Below are positions 20,456-28,821 of a DNA stretch of 64,000 bases, piece by piece. This stretch comes from Methylobacteriaceae bacterium. GTDB lineage: Bacteria > Pseudomonadota > Alphaproteobacteria > Rhizobiales > Beijerinckiaceae. The position numbers and the translations under genes are program-made. The stretch covers positions 413,403 to 477,402 of the forward strand of contig JACKJC010000004.1 of the NCBI GenBank assembly GCA_020638195.1, given 5' to 3'. Position 1 is the first letter of the stretch. Each line of letters starts with the position of its first letter. The notes under the pieces are model-generated. The model worked only from the letters and a program-made list of their open reading frames with translations. It ran no database searches and was not told the origin of the DNA.

Positions 20456-21859
20456 ATGAGCGACGATCCCGCACGCGCCGACAGGAACGTCGCAGATCGC
20501 CTCCGCATTCTCGAATTCCAGGTCGACCAGCTCCGTCGCGAACTCGAACGCCTCGAAAAGCGCCACGCCGAGGCGATTTACAGCGCGGCCTGGCATTTTG
20601 GCGCGCCGGTCCGCGCAATCGAGCGCGCGATCCGAAAAGCGCTGGCGAAGCCGGCCGCGGCGCGCCAGCCCGAGCCTGTCGCTGCGATACCTTCGACGCC
20701 CGCGACAGATCCGGCGCCGGCGAAACGGCTGCTCATCGATGTCACCGCCATTGTCGCGCATGACGACAGGACGGGCATTCAACGCGTCGTGCGTCAGGTC
20801 GTGCGCGCGCTCTATGCGGAGAGCGACCTCGGCGTGACGCCGGTCGCCGTGCGCTTGCAGGACGGCAAACTCTGGATCTGCGAGGCCTATGTCGCGGCCG
20901 AAACCGGCCACGCGAAATCAGCCGAAGATTGTCCGCTCGCAATCGAAACCGGCGACCGGCTGCTGATGCTCGACAACAGCTGGAAGAATTTTTCGGCTTT
21001 TACGAACGTGTTCGCCGAAGTGCGCAAGAAGCAGGGCGCGATCGTCTCCTGCGTCTATGATCTGATTCCGCAGCTCTACAAGGGCGCCTCCGTCGGCGAC
21101 GTGCCCGAAGTGCACCTCGCCTGGCTGAAAGCCGCGCTTCTGGAAAGCGATGGAATGATTGCAATCTCGAGAACCGTGGCGGAGGAGCTTTGCGCCTTCA
21201 TCGTGGACGAGAAACTGCCGCACCGGCCGGGGCTCGAGATCGGCTGGTTTCACTGCGGCTCGGACATCGCGCCGGCCGGCGCGGGCGAACCGAACACGGC
21301 AATCCGCGCCGCATTCTTGGGCGCGAAAACCTTCCTGCTGGTCGGCACGCTCGAGCCGCGCAAGGGCCACGCTGTCGCGCTCGCCGCTTTCGATGCGCTG
21401 TGGCGCGACGGCGTGGATGCGCGGCTCGTCTTCATCGGCCGGCGCGGCTGGCACGTCGACGCCGTCATCGACGACCTCGCGTCGCATCCTGAATTCGGCC
21501 GGCGGCTATTCTGGTTCGATTCCGCCGGCGACGTCGATCTCGCCTTCGCCTACGACCATTGCGCGGCGGCCCTCGCGCCCTCCTATGCGGAAGGGTTCGG
21601 CCTGCCGATCGCGGAGGCGGCGTGGCGCGGCAAGCCGGCGCTGTGCAGCGACATTCCCGTGTTTCGCGAAATCGGCGGCGAGGGCGCGCTCTATTTCCGC
21701 GTCAACGATGCGGCGGCCCTTGCGCGGCTCGCGCGCGACTTCCTCGAAGGCCGCACTGTCGCAGATCCCGCCCGCGTCGTGCGCCCGACCTGGCGCGAAG
21801 CCGGTTTGCGGATCTTCGACGTCGTCGTGCGCAACCAATGGATGCGCACGCTGCCGTGA
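20456..21859 (+). CDS. glycosyltransferase family 4 with N-terminal coiled-coil extension
   Basis: C-terminal GT-B motifs (LLVGTLEPRKG, PSYAEGFGLPIAEA). The N-terminal ~90 aa are helical (RILEFQVDQLRRELERLEKR). Confidence 0.8.
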   Translation: MSDDPARADRNVADRLRILEFQVDQLRRELERLEKRHAEAIYSAAWHFGAPVRAIERAIRKALAKPAAARQPEPVAAIPSTPATDPAPAKRLLIDVTAIVAHDDRTGIQRVVRQVVRALYAESDLGVTPVAVRLQDGKLWICEAYVAAETGHAKSAEDCPLAIETGDRLLMLDNSWKNFSAFTNVFAEVRKKQGAIVSCVYDLIPQLYKGASVGDVPEVHLAWLKAALLESDGMIAISRTVAEELCAFIVDEKLPHRPGLEIGWFHCGSDIAPAGAGEPNTAIRAAFLGAKTFLLVGTLEPRKGHAVALAAFDALWRDGVDARLVFIGRRGWHVDAVIDDLASHPEFGRRLFWFDSAGDVDLAFAYDHCAAALAPSYAEGFGLPIAEAAWRGKPALCSDIPVFREIGGEGALYFRVNDAAALARLARDFLEGRTVADPARVVRPTWREAGLRIFDVVVRNQWMRTLP

Positions 21860-21907
21860 TGACACGGGCCGCCGTTTCACACATGCTCGCCTGAACGGAG
21901 AAGCGGG

Positions 21908-23332
21908 ATGCGCGCGAGCGATGCGATCGAGACCGAACTGGCGGGCGCGCTGGCCCGCCACGGTCTCGGCTTTGCGCGCATGGACGTCGACGGAACGCTG
22001 CTCGCGCGCGCTGGCGCCGCGCTCGACTGGCTGCCAGAAATCGGCGGCGACTGCCTCGGGACGCCCCTGCTGTTCGGCATGGCGGACGAACTCGCCGCCC
22101 TGCGCGCCGGCGCGCGCGACGTAGTCGCGCTGCCGTCGATCGGGCTCGATTCCGGAGAGAAGATCAGCGTCACGATTTCGTGGGACGAAACGCAGGAAGT
22201 CTATTCCATCGCCGCCGCGCGCGCTTTCGGCGCGAGCGAGACCGAAACCATGCTGGTGCGCGAACGTCGCGAACGCCGCCTCGCGGACGAACAAGCCGAG
22301 GCCGCACGGCGTCGCGCAAACATTAGCGATGCTCTCTATCGCGACATCGTCGAATCCTCGGCCGATCTGGTCCTGCGGATCGCGGCCGATGGAACGATCT
22401 CCTTCGCCAACACGCACGCTCAGGCCTTTTGCGGGCGCGGCCTCGATCGAATCGTCGGCGCGCGTCTCGACAATGCGCTGCGCCCGCTCGACGGCGCCGG
22501 CTGGCAGGCGCTGGCGCAACGCGCGAACGAGGAATCCTTCGAGCAGAAACTCTCCGCCGCCGATGGCCGCATCGCCTGGATTCTCTGGCGCGTCACCTGG
22601 CTCGGCGCCGCCGAGGGGCCGCCCGAGTTTCAGGCGGTTGGGCGCGATATCACACGCCTGCGCCAGCTGCAGGCGGAGGTCGAGCGCGCGCAGGCCCAGG
22701 CGCGGCAAGCGCTCGTCATGCGAGAGCGCCTGACCATCGCGCATGATCTGCACGACACGATCGTCCATGCGCTGGTCGCGGTCGTCGCGCAATTGCGCCT
22801 CGTGCGAAAACTGGCCGACCGGGCGCCGGAACGCGTACCGGAAGAGCTCGCTCGCGCCGAGGAGGCGGCAAGCGCCGGTCTCACGCGCGGACGCGAGGCG
22901 CTCGGCCAGGTTCGGTTCCAGCGCGCCGGCGACGAAGGTCTGGCGCTCGCGCTGAACCGTGCTGCCAGCAGGTTCCAGGAGCGGACCGGTCTACCCGTGG
23001 ATGTCGATATCGACGAAAAAATCGCCAGCGTTCACGGCGACTTGGCGGAACGGCTCTACCGCATCGCCGAGGAGGCCCTGCGCAATATCGAGCGCCATGC
23101 GCAGGCGAGCGGCGCCCGGATTTCGGCCGACATCTCCGGGGACGTCATCAGCATCGAGATCGCCGACGACGGCCGCGGTTTCGAGGCCGACGCCGCGCAT
23201 CCCGGGCATTACGGGCTTGCGGGCATGGCGGAACAGGCGCAAATGATCGGTGGACATTTTGTCGTGCAGACGAGCCCCGGCCAGGGCGCGCTAATCGCCA
23301 TTCGCGCGCCGCTCGTTCATCAGGAGCGTTAG
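21908..23332 (+). CDS. soluble PAS-domain sensor histidine kinase (HisKA_3/NarX-type)
   Basis: PAS (ALYRDIVESSADLVLRIAADGTISFAN), H-box (RERLTIAHDLHDTIVHAL), and HATPase N/G boxes (EEALRNIERHA, DDGRGF, GLAGM). No TM segment. Confidence 0.85.
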   Translation: MRASDAIETELAGALARHGLGFARMDVDGTLLARAGAALDWLPEIGGDCLGTPLLFGMADELAALRAGARDVVALPSIGLDSGEKISVTISWDETQEVYSIAAARAFGASETETMLVRERRERRLADEQAEAARRRANISDALYRDIVESSADLVLRIAADGTISFANTHAQAFCGRGLDRIVGARLDNALRPLDGAGWQALAQRANEESFEQKLSAADGRIAWILWRVTWLGAAEGPPEFQAVGRDITRLRQLQAEVERAQAQARQALVMRERLTIAHDLHDTIVHALVAVVAQLRLVRKLADRAPERVPEELARAEEAASAGLTRGREALGQVRFQRAGDEGLALALNRAASRFQERTGLPVDVDIDEKIASVHGDLAERLYRIAEEALRNIERHAQASGARISADISGDVISIEIADDGRGFEADAAHPGHYGLAGMAEQAQMIGGHFVVQTSPGQGALIAIRAPLVHQER

Positions 23333-23333
23333 T

Positions 23334-24002
23334 ATGCCCGGGACAACGGCCGGCAAGCCGCCGACGCGCGTCATGATCGTGGAGGATCAGCAACTGATCC
23401 GCCGTGCGTTCAAAACCATGCTGTCGCTCGAGCCAGACCTTGATGTCGTGGCGGAGGCCGGCGACGGACTGGAAGCCGTGCGGCTCGCCAGGCTGACAAA
23501 GCCCGAAGTCATCCTCATGGACCTGCAGATGCCACGCCTCGGCGGCGTGGCGGCGACACGGCAGATTCTCGCGGACCTTCCCGAAACGCGAATTATCGTC
23601 CTGACGACGTTCGACACCGACGAAATCGTGCTCGACGCGATTTCGGCGGGCGCGATCGCCTACCTGCTCAAGGACGCCGCCGAGGCCGATATTCTCGCCT
23701 CGATCCGCGGCGAAACCCGGCTTTCGCCCACCGTCGCCTCCAAGGTGCTGGGCGCGATCCGTCGCACGCACAAGACCGAGGAAAGCGCTGGCGGCGGCGA
23801 CGGTTCCGAGGAGGCTCTGACCACACGCGAGGATGCGATCCTGCGGCTGGTCGCGGTCGGGCGCAGCAACAAGGAAATAGCCAACGAGCTGAATCTCGCC
23901 GAGGGCACGGTCAAGAACTACGTCAGCCGGATCATGGACAAGCTCAATGTGCGTTCGCGCACGGAGCTCGCCGTCAAGGCCGTCAAAACCCGCCCGAAAT
24001 GA
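23334..24002 (+). CDS. NarL/FixJ (LuxR-type) response regulator
   Basis: REC (VMIVEDQ...VILMDLQMP...LTTF...YLLKD) plus a LuxR HTH (SNKEIANELNLAEGTVKNYVSRIMDKL). Start is 1 nt after the kinase stop. Confidence 0.9.
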   Translation: MPGTTAGKPPTRVMIVEDQQLIRRAFKTMLSLEPDLDVVAEAGDGLEAVRLARLTKPEVILMDLQMPRLGGVAATRQILADLPETRIIVLTTFDTDEIVLDAISAGAIAYLLKDAAEADILASIRGETRLSPTVASKVLGAIRRTHKTEESAGGGDGSEEALTTREDAILRLVAVGRSNKEIANELNLAEGTVKNYVSRIMDKLNVRSRTELAVKAVKTRPK

Positions 24003-24095
24003 CCAAAGTCATCCTCGCCGGATGACGAAGGTTAGATGTATACATATGAACCATATGAGATTGAAACGCCCGACGTTCACGAAAGGACGCCGGCC

Positions 24096-25214
24096 ATGTT
24101 CAATCCAAACGCTTCGGCGCACGATTATGCTCGCCTCGAAACCGAAAGCGCTCGCGCGCCACACGCGACGCCCATCGCTATCGTCATCGTCACCGACGAT
24201 CACGCGACCGCGCAGGCTCTGGTGAGCGCCTGCGAATTGATGCCCTCCTTCGATTGTCGCGTGCGCGTCGCCGCCTTGCGCGACGACCCCGCGGGTCTGC
24301 GGGCCCTGCCCGACGAAGTGCTGATCGTCGATGTGGCCAACGCACTGGAGCGCCGCCTCGACCCCGCGCGCTATCCCGCCTCGCCGTGCGTATCGCTCGT
24401 ACACGCGACGACGTCGGCCGAAGTCGATCATGCCGCACGTTCGCACGCGGCCATCCTGTTCGAGAACCTCTCCCCCGCCGCGCTCGAACTCGCGGTGCGC
24501 GCCGCGCTCCAGAACTGCCGCGCGCTGACCATCGCCCGCCGCACGCTGGAGGCTGCGGAACGTTCCGCGATCGCGGCCCGCGACAACCATCGACGCATGG
24601 TCGAGGAAGTCGGTCCGATCGCTCACGCGCTCGAAGGCCTTCTCGACATCATGGGAGCCGAGAACGCCGCCAACGGCGAATTGACGCCGACACAATTCGG
24701 CCTGTTGCACAACTGGACGCGCGATCTCTTGCGCCTCGTCGCGCGACACCAGGACGCCAGCGCCGCGCCAGTCGGGACGCAGGCCGATTTCGGCGCGATC
24801 GTGGAAAACTGCGTCGCACTTTTCCGGAGCAAATCCGACGGGCTCGGCCACATCGTGGTGGTTTCGAGCCCGCAGGAGCCGCTCGTCGTCGCCGTCGATC
24901 CGCGTCGCCTGCACGCCGCGATCCGGCAATTGACGGAAAGCGCGCTCGACCGCGAATTGCGCGACCGCCGCATCGACATCGTGCTGTGGCGCTCGATGGA
25001 CGAATGCCGCCTTGCGATCGTCAGCGGTCCGCCTGTACGGCGAGGAGCCGAGGCGGACGAGCAGCCCGCGCCGACGCCGGTGCGGCCGGCCGGGCCCGCC
25101 GACGAGCGCTTCGCGGGCGCGCTGGCGCAATTGCGCCAGCTCGGCGCGGTCGTCGAGACGAATTGCGCGAACGGATCGGGTTCGAGCCTGCTCGTGTCGT
25201 TGCCGATCGCCTGA
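24096..25214 (+). CDS. REC-like / degenerate histidine-kinase-like protein
   Basis: REC-like N-terminus (IVIVTDD...VLIVDV...LVHATT), an H-box-like IAHALEGLLDIM, and a C-terminal HATPase-like fold without clear N/G1/G2 boxes. Start set at MFNPN (GAAAGGA upstream). Confidence 0.5.
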   Translation: MFNPNASAHDYARLETESARAPHATPIAIVIVTDDHATAQALVSACELMPSFDCRVRVAALRDDPAGLRALPDEVLIVDVANALERRLDPARYPASPCVSLVHATTSAEVDHAARSHAAILFENLSPAALELAVRAALQNCRALTIARRTLEAAERSAIAARDNHRRMVEEVGPIAHALEGLLDIMGAENAANGELTPTQFGLLHNWTRDLLRLVARHQDASAAPVGTQADFGAIVENCVALFRSKSDGLGHIVVVSSPQEPLVVAVDPRRLHAAIRQLTESALDRELRDRRIDIVLWRSMDECRLAIVSGPPVRRGAEADEQPAPTPVRPAGPADERFAGALAQLRQLGAVVETNCANGSGSSLLVSLPIA

Positions 25215-25217
25215 TTG

Positions 25218-25718
25218 CTAGAACCCGCGCCGGACGATATCCGCGCCCATAGACTGGAACAGCGCCTGCACGCCCTCGCCCGTGCGCGCGCTGGTCCGCA
25301 CGACCTCGCCCGCCGCGAGGCCCGCGCCGGAGAAAGCGTCCGCGTCCAGATCGGCGAGATCGATCTTGTTGACGATCACGCGCGTCGGACGCCCCGGAAA
25401 GGCCTCGGCGAAGCCTGTGGCCAACCGCTCCGCCTTGGCGAGCGTCGCCGGTCGCGTCGCATCCGATACGATCAACGCGCCGGACGCGCCCTTGATGTAG
25501 ACGGTCTCGAAAATGCGCGCGCCGAAATCGCCGTCCGTGTCCCACAACATGAGTTTCAGCGTCCGCCCGTCGTCGAGCGTGATTTCGTGCGAGAGAATGT
25601 CGACGCCGATCGTCGACTTGTACTCGCCCTCGAACCTGTCGAAGACGAAGCGCCGCGCGAGCGACGACTTGCCGACGCCGATCTCGCCGAGCAGCATGAC
25701 TTTGGCCGAATACGTCAC
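25218..25718 (-). CDS. Ras/Rab-like small GTPase
   Basis: G1 GEIGVGKS, switch-I YKSTIGVD, G3 WDTDGD, G4 NKID, G5 TSARTG. The GTG start overlaps the upstream stop (GTGA). Confidence 0.85.
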   Translation of the reverse strand: MTYSAKVMLLGEIGVGKSSLARRFVFDRFEGEYKSTIGVDILSHEITLDDGRTLKLMLWDTDGDFGARIFETVYIKGASGALIVSDATRPATLAKAERLATGFAEAFPGRPTRVIVNKIDLADLDADAFSGAGLAAGEVVRTSARTGEGVQALFQSMGADIVRRGF

Positions 25719-27499
25719 GGGCGGGGCTCGTCCATCGACGCGAGTTCGAAAGTCACGCGGCGGTCGCGCGGATCGCTTTCCGCTCCGGTCTGGGCGAAGC
25801 CGGGGCGGGTGACGATCCGCAGCCGCGCCTTGTCCACGCCCTGAGAGGCGAGCAAATCGGCGACGGCGGTCGCGCGCATCTGCCCGATCACGAGATTGCG
25901 GCGCTCGCCACCGGTCGAATCCGTGTAGCCGACGACGCGTAGCGCGAGATCGTTGCCCTTGAGGGCCGCCGCGATCTGGCTCGCGCGCGTCTCCGCGATC
26001 GCCCGATCCACGAACGTATCCCGGCGTGAGAAATAGATCGCCGTGTCCGCCAGCATCGCAATCAGTTTTTCGCGCGGCGTGCGCGCTGCGGTCGCTGACA
26101 GCATGGTCAGGCGCTCCGAAATGTCGCGCGTTTCCGCGCGCAGCGCTTCGACCGATTGCTTGGTTGCGGTCGCGAGCGCCGCAAGCCGCGCATCGGCGTC
26201 GCCGACGCGCGCCGCTGTCTGCGCCGCACGCTCGGCCTCGTCCTTGCTGCGGGCTGCAAGCGTCGCGAGGCGTCCGTTCAGATCGGCCAGTTCCGCGCCG
26301 ATCTGCTCCTGCCGCTTGCGAGTCTCCTGCGCCTGCTGGACCGTGTTGATGCTCGCTGTATGAGCGACGACCTTATAGGGCGCGGCGGACGCGTCGAGCG
26401 CCTTCTTGAGCGCATCCGCTGCCGCGTCCGACGACGCGAGGCCGGCCAGCGTGACGGTCTTCGCCACATGATCGACGGAAACGCGCAGTGGAAAGGCGTC
26501 GAGCTCCGGATGCGCGATCCGCGCCTGCGCGAAGGCGGCGTCGACGCGCCGCTCGTGCAGCCCGCGCAAGACTGGCCCGCTTGCCCACCAACCGAGAAGC
26601 GCAAGCAGAGCCGCGCCGATCAATATGAGGGGCAGGCTCGACTTCTTCTCCGCCGACAGCCGCTGCTGGAACAGCGTCTCGGCCATATGCGCGAGCGCGG
26701 GCGTCGCATCGTCGGGCGCATGATCGATGCGCGACACCAGCGACAGAAATGCGTCGTCCACTTCGCGCTCGTGCTCGGGACGCAATGCGCCGGCGCATTC
26801 CGCCGCCACGAGATAGACCGGCGCGCCGCGCAGGAAGACGCGCGCCTGCCCGAGGTCGAGCGTCCGCAACTCGCCGCTGCGCGACCCGTAGACGCTCGAC
26901 GCGAATTCGGTGATCGCCGCGATCAGGCCGCTGACCAGTTCCGACTGGTCGTCGGTCTCGTCGTCGGCGTGCCAGGCAGCGACGAGTCGCCCGCTGCCGC
27001 GTTCCAGCAGCAGCAGGCGCCGCAGCTCCGGCCGCTGCGCCTCGGCGAGCGCGAGCTCGCTCAGCGGTCGCCCCGTGATCATCGAGCGAAAGCGCAACCG
27101 CCAGTATCGGGTCGACAGCGAGCGATCGAGCCGCTCGTTGAGATCGGCGACGAGATCGCGGAAAGCGTTGGCGACGGCGGCCGTCACGAGGCGACCCGTG
27201 ATCGGGTAGAGCGCCTCCACCATCATGTCCTTGGAATTCTTGATCTCGTTGCGGATCGCCGCGACCACGACCGGCGCCACCGCGCCGGCGAGTTCGCGAT
27301 GGCGCGCGATCTCGGCTTTCCGGAAGGCTTCGACCAGGATTTCGGACGTCGCCGCTTCCAGCCGGTCGGGCGTGCCGACGCGCTGATCGAGCGCGTCTAT
27401 GCGCGCCTCGCTCGCCGTCAGCCGGTCGGTCTCCGGCGCCAGCAGCAAGTGCTTGAGGCGATCGAATTCGAACTCCGACTGGCCGGCCGGCCGGTTCAT
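25715..27499 (-). CDS. bitopic envelope protein: cytoplasmic Roadblock-like region, one TM, BON-like domain, coiled coil, C-terminal OmpA/MotB peptidoglycan-binding domain
   Basis: OmpA_C signature (LRVVGYTDSTGGERRNLVIGQMRATAVADLL...RRVTFEL), TM (SSLPLILIGAALLALLGWWA), BON-like (LRVSVDHVAKTVTLAGLASSDAA). The ATG at 27499 lies 1 nt after the upstream stop. The GTG at 27517 is an alternative. Confidence 0.8.
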   Translation of the reverse strand: MNRPAGQSEFEFDRLKHLLLAPETDRLTASEARIDALDQRVGTPDRLEAATSEILVEAFRKAEIARHRELAGAVAPVVVAAIRNEIKNSKDMMVEALYPITGRLVTAAVANAFRDLVADLNERLDRSLSTRYWRLRFRSMITGRPLSELALAEAQRPELRRLLLLERGSGRLVAAWHADDETDDQSELVSGLIAAITEFASSVYGSRSGELRTLDLGQARVFLRGAPVYLVAAECAGALRPEHEREVDDAFLSLVSRIDHAPDDATPALAHMAETLFQQRLSAEKKSSLPLILIGAALLALLGWWASGPVLRGLHERRVDAAFAQARIAHPELDAFPLRVSVDHVAKTVTLAGLASSDAAADALKKALDASAAPYKVVAHTASINTVQQAQETRKRQEQIGAELADLNGRLATLAARSKDEAERAAQTAARVGDADARLAALATATKQSVEALRAETRDISERLTMLSATAARTPREKLIAMLADTAIYFSRRDTFVDRAIAETRASQIAAALKGNDLALRVVGYTDSTGGERRNLVIGQMRATAVADLLASQGVDKARLRIVTRPGFAQTGAESDPRDRRVTFELASMDEPRP

Positions 27500-27500
27500 G

Positions 27501-27824
27501 TCAGCGGGCCTTTCCACCCGCTCCCATCGCCCGGATGGTCGCGCCGAGGTCGGCGATCGCCTGCCCGATATTGTCGACGGACTGGTTGTGCTTGCTGTCG
27601 GTGTCGCGCCCCTGCTGGGCGAGCATCGCTTCCAGCGAGGCGAAACGGGCGCTCATGTCGTCGCGCAGCAGCGCGATCTGGCGATCGATATCGTCGAGCC
27701 GGGCCTCGGTCGAGCGCTTGGTGGCGCCGAAAAGCAGTTCGCGCACCTGATCGATCGCGCCTGTCTCGGTCATCGCGGCAACCTCCGCGGCGCCGTTGGC
27801 GGCGTCTGACTTGTTGTTACGCAT
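27501..27824 (-). CDS. small coiled-coil protein, first gene of the GTPase operon
   Basis: 107-aa ORF (or 90 aa from the internal ATG at 27773, which has GGAGG upstream). High GC3 and tightly coupled to the downstream gene. No recognised family. Confidence 0.5.
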   Translation of the reverse strand: MRNNKSDAANGAAEVAAMTETGAIDQVRELLFGATKRSTEARLDDIDRQIALLRDDMSARFASLEAMLAQQGRDTDSKHNQSVDNIGQAIADLGATIRAMGAGGKAR

Positions 27825-28047
27825 AGAACTTCCTTTGTCCCTGGCTGCCTAGGTTGGACCTGCCGACATTATCCGATCCGGCGCCATTGCGCTAAGCAAA
27901 ACCGCCGATACGTAAACAGGACGCCGTCCGCAATTGCTCCAGCGGGTTAATCTGCCGTCTTACGGCCCCGGGCGGTTAACTCCGGGGCAACAGCCCGCGT
28001 TTAGGCTGCGCTGCCGCCTTCGGTCGCGAGCGCCAATCGGAACCGCC

Positions 28048-28820
<773 letters not shown>

Positions 28821-28821
<1 letters not shown>

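Noticed and set aside
26156-27826. 556-aa plus-strand ORF, plus several 100-140-aa ORFs inside the OmpA-family gene.
   Set aside because: They are antisense to or overlap the minus-strand gene, which carries clear TM, BON and OmpA_C signatures and is translationally coupled to its neighbours. The products are Arg-rich with no motifs.
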